64,000 bases of DNA. Origin: Tilletiaria anomala UBC 951. Lineage: Eukaryota. Below the pieces are notes generated by a model. That model was not told the DNA's origin. It ran no database searches and saw only the letters and a list, made by a program, of their open reading frames with translations. Where the stretch lies: assembly GCF_000711695.1 (NCBI RefSeq), contig NW_013547012.1, forward strand, positions 1 through 64,000, in the 5' to 3' direction. Shown here in pieces: positions 12,450-25,500 of the stretch; the first letter of the stretch is position 1, and each line of letters begins with the position of its first letter. Position numbers and translations under genes: made by a program.

Positions 12450-14779
12450 TCAGCTCATGGACTGTCGGTGCCAGTCGGAAGATCTCTGTTTGGAAACGCC
12501 ACCTGCGACATCGTTCTTGTACCACGTCTTCGATGAGCTTGGCGTCGCGTCTTCGCTGCCTGTTCGCACATGTATGTACCGCGCGTCTGGCGGTGTCCAT
12601 GTGCCGCCGTCGCCGCCGCCCGGGTATCTGTGCAGATCTGGCAAACCAGTAGAATCATAACGCCCATGACCGTGCTGCTCCTGCGAGTAGACTAACGTAT
12701 TGCCGGACTGTTCGCCCTCGTGAATAATGCGAGCTGCAACGAATGCGGAGCCGGGTCGCTCCGACATGATTCTGGCGCTTGAGCGCCTGCGGGTGTCCGT
12801 GGTGATCATGTCAGTCGAGCTGTACAGGCGCTTTTGCATGTATGCTCGCTGCCTGCGTCGGCGGCGCAAGCAAACGCATAGGAAGATGGCAAGACCGAAG
12901 AAAAAGATGACGGAGAACACGCTAACTGCGATGCCGAGGATGGCGGCGGTGCTGAGCTGCCCATCCGACGGGAAGCCGGTGACTGCCTTGAATGTTGGTA
13001 GTGGTGCGCTGGTGGCGTCTGGGCTGGTCTCGCCTCCCTCGGATGTATTGGCTGAGAGCGACTTGCAGTTGTTCTGGTCAACCTGGTTGTTCGACCCGAT
13101 CGGTGCGCCAAAGGCGGCGACAACGGCTTGCGAGTCACGTACAGGGATGATGAGCGTGCCATCTGACCCGACCTGCACAGTGGCCGTGTTACCATCGTTG
13201 ACGGTCGTAGGTGCACCGGTGTTGGACTGTTCGAAGGACAGATTGTTCCAGGTGGTATTCTGCTTCGAGTCCGAGCCCTGAGCGGTGAGATAAGACAAAT
13301 AGGCAGTCTGCCCAGCCATTTTTGGTAGCGAAACGCTGAACGAAATGCTGTTCTTGGGGTAGACGTAGCTCTGAGACTCTTGCGTATTGATCAGCACGGT
13401 GGAAGCGAGATCATTTCCTCTGTAGACCGAGTAGGCAGCGAGATGGCTGTTGTATGCGCCTGGAACGTTACCAATCATGAGAGTTCCGATGCGAGTATTG
13501 CACTGCGCACCCACGATCTGCGACATTGCCGCAAAGGCATAGTACGACGAACGGACGTGGGGACCGACGCCATTGGCATTGCCTGGTTGCCAAGGCGAGC
13601 CATACGAGTTGTCCGTCATGTGCATCTGCACCGACGAAACTTTAATGGTGGCAGCATACAGGAAAAAGTTGAGAGTCCAAAGCGTATTAGCTGCAAGAAA
13701 GGCAGGGGCCATCAGCAGGAGAACCGAATTAGACGTCTGCGCGAGAAAGATTTACCAAATGTATCGCTGATGCCCTGAATCCCTGTCGGACCAACGGCGC
13801 CCATCTCCCTCAGGTAGTACGGCTTTCCCGTAACGGCCGCTGACTGCGCCTGGTTGGCCCACTCGCCGAACTGTTTGTACGTGTTGGAGAGGTCGAGGAG
13901 GTATCCCGAGCTTAATTCGTACGTGCTGACGCCGACGTAATAAAAGTAATCGTGCTGGTTCCACCCGGCGACGTAAATTCCATTATCGACGGCAACTCCT
14001 GTGTTGACCAGGTTGCTGATACGGTACGCATGCCCTGATGAGGTGGCCGTCGTGGCCGTCACGGCGGGCTCAAAGAAATTGGTGGGCAAGTTGCGCTTCT
14101 TCAGCACCTGGTTGTTGACAGCCTGAGCACGAGTCGACCATTCGGAGCCAAAGTTGTTGACTGTCCAGCCCGAATCGCGGTAGCCATTGATAAGGTATAG
14201 GTCTGGCTCGTTTCCAATCTCGAGGCTGACGATTTTGACATTCTGAAGCAAGGTAAATGCAGCCTCTGCTTGCTCTACGAGCCGGTCTACAGCATCTGAG
14301 CCGTTGTATGCGAGGTTGAGTCCATAGGTGATGGGCGTATTTGGCGGCATGAGGTCCAACGAGTTGAAGAAGCCAGGACCGATGATGAATTTATCTGTCG
14401 GTGTGTTGCCCTGCCCGTGAGGGTTGGAGTTGGTGATGAGGCCTATCCCAGACTCATTCGGGCCGTAAATCATGTTGTCACCGGAGTTTCCCCCGATACG
14501 CAGATGCGGCGGCACGCCAGAATAATTGGCGAGGTTGGACAACAGCTGGTACGTTAGCTGGTTGACTGAACCGGATCCGGTGAAAGAGAGCAGATTGGAC
14601 GGCTCGATTCCCATGCCGGCAAAGGAGGGCGACAGCACGACCGAGAGGCCGTTGGCGGATTGAACATTTGCTGCTGGCGAAAGGCTGACGGTGCCTGCGT
14701 TGTTCTGAGCGGTGACAGAAGTCGCAGACGCGAGCAGCAAAGATGCAATCAGACGCAAAGAGGACCGTACTGCCTGCAT
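12450..14779 (-). CDS. Glycoside hydrolase family 79 (beta-glucuronidase-like), with signal peptide, C-terminal TM helix and cytosolic tail
   Basis: Motifs FAGMGIEPSNL, PPHLRIGGNSGD, EIGNEPD (acid/base), YLREMG (nucleophile region), ISDTFANTLWTLNF across intron 13691-13755. TM AILGIAVSVFSVIFFFGLAIFLCVCL followed by RRRRRQR. Start taken at MQAVRSS; upstream ATGs exist. Confidence 0.88.
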
Positions 14780-17135
14780 GTTGGCGCTTCGCAAGGTGAA
14801 CATGCTTTGTCCAGATCTGCTTGTACTTGGGCAAAGTTGCGAGCGCGAAGCAATGTCTCTGGAGTGCAACGAGCAGTCAAAGGGGGTGGAGCATGGAGGT
14901 ATGAGCTGTTAATAATAGCACACCACCCGGTACCCGTTCCGCACTGCTCTGTTAAGCCCTTCGCGTTGATGAATGTGTAAGCGGGAGGTAAGGAGGGGCG
15001 GGACCAGCATCGACCAATTTTGAGCAGTGCAAATTGCCGCTGCAGCTTCATGTTGTGGGCGGGCCCCTTCGTAGGGCAAGGGAAGATATTCCGCGAAAGA
15101 AGTGTCAAGGTGAGTTAGCCAAGAATGTTCGCAGCAATCCGACCTCTTCGCCGCATGAATGTTCTGCTGCAATCTTTAGCAAAGAGCTGTATGTGAGCTG
15201 TAGAGAGAAGAGTTAGGCAGCTTCGAAAAAGGTCCGAGAGGCGTAGATGCGCAACTGGATATGTATTGAAGCAGCACAGTTCAGCGTAAGAGGTACGGTC
15301 CGAGCAAGGTAGGATGATGACCACGCATTCAGGTACGTCTGACTGGACATGAAACAGTTTCAGCTCCAGCCTCTGCAGTTTGGCTCTCAGGGGCGATTCA
15401 TCTTCTTCCTCAGCGCACAGTCAGCAGAGGGGAAATGCTGACGACACAGTTTTGGACGAGGAGGACGAGGGCCTTGTGTTGCCCATCCACAAACGCACGC
15501 CTTTGCTGTTTCTCATTAAATTGATGATGAAGAATCGAGGCCGATGATGCCTGCGGATGAGAATAGTGTGACGAGCGAGATCGTCAGAGCTCGAGCGCCG
15601 ACAGTCGACAGTGGCCCGGTGCCTGGGTGGGAGGTGCATGTATAGCAATCATCACATCATCACACAGCTCCGACTACGGTCGCGGACTCACAACGCGACG
15701 GGCCGCACGCGCTTGCGTTTGACGCCAGCTGAGCGGACGCGAATATGCCGAGTACCTACACTGCTGAGTACCATAGCGATCACCAGCGCGGCAAAGGCGC
15801 AGGAGTCGGCCGGAAAGTGAAGGCTTGTTGTACGCGTTGAATCGGGGGAGTTAAGGTTCGGTGTACGGGAGCTCGGGGTTCTCCCATCCCTGGCAGCTAC
15901 GTGGAAATTTATTCCCACATCCGGCGCAATATCCCTGACAACCACTGTTGAAACTCGATGTGTACCATCAACTGGTCCACACCGCGATTCGTAGACAGCG
16001 AGCACTTCGTTGAGTTCTGCCGTGGTCCTGAAGAACGTACCATCGCTACAGCCACCATGGCTCTCCTTTCAAGAAGTGTATTAGGTGATTCGTTTCAATT
16101 GCTTTCAACTCCGCTTCGATTTGGCATCAAGTGTAAAGCACAGGGGAGGGGGGAATAAAGAAGGCAATCCGAAGGCGTGCAGACTCCAAACGCACGGTCC
16201 GGGGCCGCGTTGCAGTCCACCGTGCAATAAGATAGGGGCGGTGAAAACAAAAGGGCACATGGAACCACAAATATGATTCGACAGCATGGCGGTAAACCGA
16301 AGCCGAAGAAGAGCTCCTTAGACAAAGCCCCACAAGCCCAGGCAAGACACAGTCGCCTTATTGGCTTTCACAGCGAATTTAACTAACATGAACTGTTCTA
16401 CCCAGTGCAATTGTAGTGAAAGAATTAGGCCCCGATATCATTTCTGATATTCCTGGTTACATGGGTAGAAGTGTGTGGCTGCTCATGGGTCGCGGAACAT
16501 CGTTGCCTTGACCGTCAGTGGTACCACGGAAGGCTTTTGGACCCGAGTCGAACAACACGCATCTTGGATTCCAACGTAATTAGCAAAATCGATAAACACC
16601 TGCCCGAGCGATAAGGAAATATTAGGCCTGTGCACCGAGACGCAGGGTAGCCATCCAAGGTCTTCTAAAGGAGCTTCCGAGTACCCGAGCCTGTGTGAAG
16701 CGTGGGGCCTGATTCTTCTCTTGAGGTAGAATCCACCCAGTCCTACGCCGGGACATGGAGGGTTACATCTCAGCAGGTGAATTGATCAATCGTTCAACCG
16801 ATGAAGTGGGCGAAGCTGCAATGGAGTAGCGTGGCGTGGTGGATCATAGCGTCGTTCACCTGGTGTGGCGTGGATAGGCGTGGTGTGTGCCTGTCGGCGG
16901 GCGTGCCGCGCGGCACACCATCAGTGTCTGCACTCGTCACCCACCAAGAGACGACGGACGTTGCTTGTCGATAGGCGATAATGCCATCTTCTTGTATGAG
17001 GTCCGGGTTCGACATGCACAACTTCAGACTCCATGCCCGTCGCAGCGCATCTCTCAGCTGAGCATCTTCCGAGGGAAGCAAACAAGACGCAGACTTGTGT
17101 GCGCACGCTCTCGCCGGTGATCGCGTCAAAACAGC

Positions 17136-18768
17136 ATGTCAGCAGGACCGCTAACGGATGGAGGGTTCGGCAGCGAGGGCTACCTTGTTCCGTCCGAAGA
17201 GGCTGATGTGGAAGAGCACCCATGGGGAGCTCCGCCGGCTGCGCCGGCAGCAGCTTCTTCCAGCAGCAATGCGACATCAGAAACACACAAGTTCCTAGTC
17301 GGGGGCCCATCATCTGGCTTGGAAAGCACGAGTGCTGGCTTCATCGGCGGCTCCAGCGCCGCAGCAACAAGCGGCTTTGGAGGGTTCGCCGTCGACGAGG
17401 ATATAAACAACGGGATCGGGGGCTTTGGTTCTGGCGGCTTCTCAAAGCAGCCGCCTTCGCTGGGAGGATCAGGCTTCTTCAATGCTGGGGCACCGGTGTC
17501 AACACCGCCGACGCGGTCGTACTTTGGCGAGCTGTCCAACTTGGATCCCCACGCCAATGGACAGGGCATGGCGAGCGCAACTTCGGGCTCTTCCTTCTTT
17601 GGCCAAGCCGCTGAGTCTCCAGATGAGGAAGTTTATCGCTCTGCGCCGTCTTCGCGGTTCACATCAGCAGGCGCCGGCAGCGCTTTCCAACCACCCGCAG
17701 CAGCGCCTGACGTTCTTTCGCACCATCAGCAGCAACATCAGTCTGTCTTTGGAGAGCCGCAGGAGCTGCACCAACCGCATACGTCTTCGCAGCTGTGGGG
17801 TGGCCCGCCGGATGCTGCTGCTGCTAGTTCAGCGCCCCCTCCACCGCCTAGCAAACAGTCGATGTCGCCTCCTGTATCGCAACAGCACCTTCATCAGCAG
17901 TTTCAGCATCATCAACAGCACCAGCCCCCTCACCCTTCAGATCAGCAAGAGAGGGCCCCGTCGAACGGCAATGTTGGCCCCTTGGGGAACTCTTCCGGCT
18001 TCCCCAACCAGAGCGGCGCGCAGGCGCAAATGCCATCGGCCTCGCATCGCGCTTTCACATCGCACGCTTCGCACTTTACCGGCGGGGGTGCAGCCGGCAG
18101 CGGCGGACTACCGCAAAGCATGCTGCCGGGCGGGTACGCGTACAACTCGAACGTCTCCGCATACTCTCCGTTTGCGCGCGTCGACAGCCTCAACGCGCAC
18201 AAGGAGACGGCTGAGGACATGTATGGCGTGCCCGAGAACTTCTTGGAGGTGGAAGTGAAGAATGCGATGACGCATGGCTTTGGGCGGAAGCAGTACACGG
18301 ACTACGAGATCGTCACGAGGGTGAGTGGCGCACCATGTGCTGCCCTGACCTACAGAGGGGAGAATGACAACTGTTTTTAACGTGCCGCCAGACCAACATC
18401 CCTGCGTTCAAAGTGCGCTTCTCATCTGTCCGCCGACGCTACTCCGACTTTGAATACTTCCGGGACATCCTGGAGCGCGAGTCGAACCGGGTCAACATCC
18501 CCGTGCTGCCTGGCAAAGTGTTCACGAACCGCTTCAGCGACGAGGTGATCGAGTCGAGGAGGGAGGGCCTCGAGCGCTTCTTGCAGATCGTCGCTGGTCA
18601 TCCTCTTTTGCAAGTGCGTTTCCTTCCATCACAACTGACGAAACATTGTAGCTGATTCTCAGAGACACTCCTTCCCCATTCCCCGCCTACCTGTCCATGA
18701 AGACCGGGAGCAAAGTCTTGTGCGCATTCCTACAAGATCCCAATTTCGATCGCTCGCAGTGGATGTAA
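17136..18768 (+). CDS. SNX3: Sorting nexin-3 (PX domain) with long low-complexity N-terminal extension
   Basis: PX domain [14 protein letters not shown]...[40 protein letters not shown]...[32 protein letters not shown]. Exons 17136-18320, 18392-18613, 18703-18768. Confidence 0.92.
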
Positions 18769-19185
18769 TCTGAGCGCAACGCGAAGACGCCTGTTTGCCT
18801 TTACCACATTGTGCAGACGGCACATTCTCAGCTGCACGAAAACGCATGGGTAGCTAGCTTATCTTGCAGCTGTAGCAGCCGTGTCACGGGTGAGCATACC
18901 CTGCGGGAGTGGGGGGCTGCTGGAGAAGGTATAGGTTCATTGCCGGGTGCATGTGTAGTTCAGAAGACAGGGGGCGTGTAATCGGTTGCAGAACACTAGA
19001 AAAGAGTTGGCTTAGGGAAAGAATCCATGCCAACCAAGCCTGGAGCAGGTCCAAGAGAGCAGATTCGGGCCCTCCCGCAAGGCCACCGAGTCGTCTACAG
19101 CGCCCTGCCCCTCACAATGCCGTATGCACGTCTCTCATCTCGGGCTCTTGCTGGAGCCGGAGCTGATCTAAGCACTCGAGCTTGC

Positions 19186-19978
19186 TCAATACTTAAGAAT
19201 GATGTAGAGCTGTTAAAGTGTTGCAAAGGGAGTGAGCAGCGTCAGCGACAAGACCCTGGGAAAGAAAGCGGCAAGGTGTGAACGTACAGCGTGGATGATA
19301 CCTGGAATGTAACCAAGGATCTGTAGAGGAACGAAATCAACGATCGTTTCGTGTGAGCAAACCAGATTCTGGAATAGAAAACGCGCAGTGGGGAAATCGT
19401 GTGCCCCACTACTCACAGTAAGCAGGATGTTAATCCAGAAGTCAGCGGCGCATCCACGCTCGAGGAAGACACCCAGCGGCGGGAGGATGACGGCGAAGAT
19501 GATCTGAGGAATGGGCGCAAGGAAGCGTAAAGAACGGAATAAGGTATGGTCAGTAACGTATCAACTCGCAGGGCTTGTTCTGTCAAAGACAAGGAAGCTG
19601 ATGCTCAGTCTGGTCGAGAAAAAAACCCTTGCCCAACTCCGCACCCCGCAACTCGCACCCCACGCCTTGCAATGTCCGCACCTCAAGCCAGGCGCAGCAT
19701 TCTTCGTGGTCTAGTGGCCAGATGCAACGTGGTCCCCTCGCAGCGCCTGACCCGCGCATGTCGGCACTCGTTTCGATACTTCACCCCGATTGTGTGCACC
19801 ATGCCGCTCCGCAAGATGCACTACTCCTCCTCGCAATGAGTCGCTCGCCATTCCACGATCCTGCTCGCATCCTCCACTGCACGCAACCGGCCATTTCACA
19901 GTCTCCTAGCGAGCAGCCGGCACAATCGCGAGGGACGTGCGGGCTCACCTTGCAGATGTCCGAAGCGGTGAAAGGCAT
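19186..19978 (-). CDS. PMP3: Plasma membrane proteolipid 3 (Pmp3/RCI2), 57 aa, missed by the ORF track
   Basis: Exons 19978-19949, 19503-19417, 19320-19288, 19209-19186 give MPFTASDICKIIFAVILPPLGVFLERGCAADFWINILLTILGYIPGIIHALYIILKY*. Confidence 0.95.
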
Positions 19979-22505
19979 GTTGTCCGGGCTATTTCTTTGG
20001 GCTGCTTTAACGGTAGATCAGTGCGTACCTTAAGGCGAGCAAGAGCAGCGGTAATGATGGATGTGGGAAGGGGATGTGAAAGGGGTAAACAACGATGCTG
20101 TACTTGTACCGCGGGACGTATTTATCGTCATGTGGTAGGGCCGAACAGGGGATGAGGAGCGAGCCTGTGCAGTGTTGTCACCGCGACGTCATGTCAACTC
20201 AAGCATACATGCAAGTGAGGGAACAATGCACACATACACACACGGACAGCGCCCTGCCACTCATCTACTGTGCTCCCCGGATCGCAGCACAGCCGAAAAA
20301 GATGCTCCCCCGTGCTGTCCTCCTCCCTCTCCTCTCTCCACCAGTTGGGAGCGCGCACAGCAGAACTGCTTGCGACAGCCTGCCAGCGTCAGGCATGTTG
20401 GTTGACAGTCACCAAAAAGTGGGCAATCCTGCGTCGTGCGGTGTTGTGCCGCGCAAGTCGCCATGTGGCTTACCTTTGCAACGCGCAGCACTGCTCCGCT
20501 CTAGATATCGTTCATCATACGCTCAACAGCTGCCCTGGGCAATGAGTGCAGTCGACTCTGGGCTGCACATCACTGTCACACTCCACGGTGATACACACAT
20601 GCAGGGCACCAGAGCGCAGCCGCACGTGACACGGGCATGAACAAACGGCAACCATGACGTAACTCGCTCTTCCTCGTCACTCAGCGGGTCCGAGTTCCGG
20701 GGAGCAACAATATCCTTGGAAATGACGGTTGCTTGCGCCAACCCCCTCTTTTGCTTAGTACATGTAGCAATCAGGCAGGCTCGCTTCGCCAAGCTGCGCT
20801 CGGCGTGTATGAGGCTTACCTACGCCATACGCCGCGCCCCCGGGAAGAGGACGTTCGAGAAATGACTCTGCGCACGAGGCTACTCCGAGAAAATCTCCAC
20901 CGAGTTCCGCTTCGTGTCGCATCGCGTCTTTTCAGTTGACGAACCCCCCACCTGTACCTGTACTTCTCCTTTTCGGTCTCTGCATTAGCAAACCTACAGC
21001 GAAAATGGTCGATGACGCTCTCCAGGCTCCGAAGAGAACGATTTGGACGTTTTTGCGTCTCCAGTGAGCCGCACTCCTCCACTGGAACCCGCGGTAAGAT
21101 CCTCAAGAATGCAAAAGCTCATTCGCAAAGAGATGCTTCGCAGCACGTCCACGCCAACCTCTCGACTGTACCAGCGCTCGTCAAGAAAGATCGCGAACAC
21201 GATAAAAGAAGTGATCTTCCGCGGTCTGGCAGTCCACGCAAATTCACTGAGAGGGATGAGTGCAAGGGCAAAGCTTGCATGCTGGGACCACTGCGGATAC
21301 TGCCGGTGGGGGGAGACTTGCAAGCGCATGGGCCAAGAATATCCCAACGATGTATCCCATTTTCACCCTCTAGAGACTTCTCAAAAAGCACAGGCTGACT
21401 TGGGCTAAGTATGTGAAGAAGCACTGCCTTTGTCCGAAGAGCATCAAAGACAGGAGACTGTGGATAGTAGAGAGTCAAGCCACTGACTTCGACAAGATCC
21501 CTCTTCACGCCCGAAGCGTCATTTGAAGTTAGCGTACACCCGGTCTCCAAAGTCAACATGCGCCTAGAAGAGAAGTAAAAGAGCCAGAATATACGCAAAT
21601 CGCTCCCTGGTGTGAGATACAAAGGCATGTACTGGACTGCAGTCGGCAAAGGCTTCAAATCGTCATTGGTCTTCCCATACAGTACCTGGCATGAGCAGAC
21701 CGGCAAGATGACGGCTTGGCAAAAGGGCAAGAAAGGCTTAAATAATCAAGGATATTTCAACATCACCTAAGGCCTCTTGGCCCAGGCAGTCGAAAAGATT
21801 ATTAGGATCTACGGTGACTGCATCGTTCTCGAGGAAGGTGCTCCTGCTTACAAGGCCAAGCGGGCAAAGGGGGCGCGCGAGATCGTCGACTACGGACGAA
21901 CCATCCAGGCGGCAGCCCTGAGCTCAATGACATTAAGAACTGCTGGTCCACGCTGAAGCTCGCATCAGGAACCTGGTCAATGGTACCCACACAATGGGCC
22001 AGTTCATGGAGACAGCACAGGTAGGCTGGGAGGCGATTCCACAGCATGAGATTGACAGGCTTATCGATACTATGCACGAACGACACGAGCATGTGAGGAA
22101 GGCGAAGCGATCATGCACGAAATATTAGACCCCTCAGGGATTAAATACATATCCAGGACTTGTTACTTGGCTCAAGTGACGAGATTATTGTTAAAGGCTG
22201 TAGGAGCAATGTGGGTGAATGGCAAGGAGGGAACATGTGGGTCGCAAGCCGGAACTGGGTGTAGTGAGTGCCGCCTATGTTTAGCCATTCCCCTCAATCG
22301 ACACATCCATCCTTCTGCAATGAATACGGACGGCATCGAACCCTCGAGTGCGTGCCAACTTCAGTCAACTGCATTCAACAGAACAACCGCGAAGCCAAAC
22401 AGCAACGTCAATGTGATACATGGCGGCACACCGATGTCATCCCGCGTCCTGCAAGTTCAACCGCTGCTGTCACAGTGAAAGAATTCATGTAACTTGTGCT
22501 GTAAA

Positions 22506-25500
22506 TCACTCTAGCATGCTACTCAGCTCATGACTCAGTAAATCGAGCCACCGGCCGACATCTTCGACACGCTTTGCGAGTTCGAGATTGACATCATCCT
22601 TGCTCATCAGGTGAACAAGATCCAAGGGACACAGTGACGCCTCCATGGCACCAGCATGCACAGACTGGATGCTCTGCGCCGTCCACGGCTGCGGCAGCGA
22701 CGCTGACGCACCCGCACCACCCAAAGCTACCCCGCTCTCGGATGCTTCGCCCTGCATTCGCACTCGTCCGCCGTACTCCGCGCGTCCACGCGGAGTGCCC
22801 ATCCCCAAAGAGAGGGCGGAGAACGCCGGCTCGGCAGCGCTCGGCATGACCGTCGAGAAGGAGGTCGACGCACCTGGTGTATCGCCGCTGATGCCGAGCA
22901 CACCCGCATGGTGCTGTCCCCTGCCTGCCATGGGCGATTCTGCGTCGCGTATGCCGTCCAAATTCGAACGGACGAGCTTCAGCGCCCTCGGTGGGGTGGC
23001 GGCGACGACCATCGATAGCTGCGAGCGAACGAGGTGTGCAGTGCCGGCGCCGATCCCAGAAGGAACCCCTCCGCTGCGGCCACCGCCGACCGAAGCTTGA
23101 CTTGTGCTTCGCTCTCGCCACGTCCTGGCGAGGTGGCCTGCTGCATCCGTGCTGCTGCGCAGAGTCGGGTCGCTCCCGCCGTGCTGCTTGCGCGTGTGTG
23201 AAAGCCCGGACTGTGGGTTTGTCCCACCCTCGATACTAGCGGCAAGGGCGGGCTTGGCCCTATCGATGCTGGATTCCGCGCCAACTTCGTGGACATTTTT
23301 CATGTGCGGAGGCGGTGTCTCTGGCGCGCTTCCCGTTCTTGGGCGGCCAAAGGAATCTAGCACCGGCTGCGACGCTTGGCGTCGGAGCACCAGTGCGTCC
23401 GGATCGCCAGCTGAAGGCCGGCGCTTCTTGATCGGAGCCGGGTGCTCGCTAATCGATCGTGAGAAAGGCGGCATCGCGCCTTTGATCGCATCAAGGCGCC
23501 GTCCAGCGTAGCCGCGCATAAGCTTCGAAATGCTCCCCTTGGACTCATGCTGTCGCTGCCATCCAGTTTGCTCGACAGCCGGCGAGTAAGAGCTTGATCC
23601 TGGGCTGTGGTACGTCGAAGAGAAGCTCGACACGCTGCTCTTGCCCCGCTTATGCGAATGCCCACTGCGGGAAGCAGAACGCAAGTGCGTAGGAATAGAG
23701 CTGCTATTCACGCTCGAATTGCTGCTGCGGTGCCCACTTTGGCTCACAAGATCCTCCCGACTCGATGTCGCGCTTGTGCTTGTCCGCGAGTCAGGTCCAG
23801 CATCGGTGTCTGAGCGAGTAGACTCATCACGACATCTCGTTGGCTGCGGGATCGAAGCAGACCTCTGACGCTCTGATGGCTGTGTGGGGCGTCTGAAGTG
23901 GCTAGCGCCGCCTCCGCCGCCGAAACGGAATGGCGCATTGCCTGTCCCGCTGAAGCCACCATTTACCGCAGCAGCATTGGCGGCAGCAGTAGGCTTGGAA
24001 GTCGCCTGCAAGGCCTTCTTCGGCTGTATTCCTGCACTATTGGCGCTGCTTTTAGCAGTGGCACTATCGACGGTGGTCGAGGGGGTTGGCTGGCGCAGAG
24101 TTGGCGTTTCAACCGGTGTGCTGAAGACAGGTGCATCCTGCGAGACTGTTGGCGTTAACAGTCCCTCTGAAGGAAGAGCCTCTGATGCGTAAGGCTGAAA
24201 TGTCTGAGGTACAAAACCTCCATACGTGTCTGCGGTGTTCTTGGTATCAAAAAGCCGCGCGAGCGGGTGATTGCGAAGTTGAGCCGGTAAGCGTGAGGCT
24301 TCCGGCTCGTCGACCTCGGAGATGGCTTCGAAGGTTTGGCTTCCAAGCGTACTAAACTCCCACCCCTCATCACTCTCGACTCCATCGAACGCAAAAGAGT
24401 TGCGGTTGCCGGGATCATTCAAACCAGCAAGGCCAGCGCCGAGTAGGCTGGTCCGCATGCCGCCAGACTTGACCCAGGAGCTGTACTGTGTCAAAAGCTC
24501 TTTGAGCGCACTCGTTGGAACCTTAGCATAAGTTTTCAGCCATTTGCTCTTGCTCAGCTCATCCGCAGTTGGGCGCTGCGAGCAGGTAGAGGAGAAAGGT
24601 CAGCCCTTATCTAGTGCATGAGAAGCGGCAAACTCACCTCAATTGCAACTTCATTCAGGCAGTTCGAGACAAACTCTCTCATTAGCTGTGAGTGTTGGCC
24701 ATCTGCCGGGAGCCTTGGCGGCGTCTGCTTGGGAACGAGAGTGATCACAGCTAGCTGGTCGAGGTCCGCAAGGGGCGGGTTCCCAGTGGCCATTTCGTAG
24801 ATCGTGATGCCCAGACTCCAGATATCTGCACTTTGATCGTACAGCTTGCCTTTGGAAATGACCTCTGGGGCCATCCAATAGGGTGTACCGATCATAGTAG
24901 ATCGCTTGTTCTGCATTTGCAGATTGGCAGCGATTCCAAAGTCACATAGAAGGATCTTCCCAGTATGGGTGAGCAAGATGTTGGCTGCTTTGATGTCTCG
25001 GTGAATGATTCCTTGCTTGTGGAGGTAAGACAGAGCAACCAGCGTCTCCCGGACAATCACAGCATTCAGCTTTTCTGGAATCACCCCCGACTTCATCTAC
25101 GGAAAAAGTGGCGTGGGGTGTTATTGAGTAGAGAGCATGGGTACGGGTACGGGTACGGGCATCACTTACGAGTGTTCGGATACTGCCGCCTTCGGCAAAG
25201 TCCATGACGATCCAGAGTTCTGGCCCTTTCATCCAACAGCCCCAGTAGCGGACAACATTGAACTTGGACGCCTCCTTGAGCTGGCTCAAGACAGCCACTT
25301 CATGCTGTATATCCTGCACATCATCTTCCGGTGTGTCCAGATTGACGACTTTCAGTGCGACAGCTGTGCCTGTTGCAACGTGCACCCCGCGGTAGACGGC
25401 CCCGTACGCGCCGCGACCCACGAGCTCCAGTCGCCGAAAAATGGATTGCACTCCGGGTGCAGAATTGGTGGATGACGATGAAGAACATCGGTGGCCGTCA

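Noticed and set aside
14900..17100. 2.2-kb divergent intergenic region with many 60-130 aa ORFs
   Set aside because: No motifs or coherent exon chain; treated as promoter and UTR space of GH79 and SNX3.
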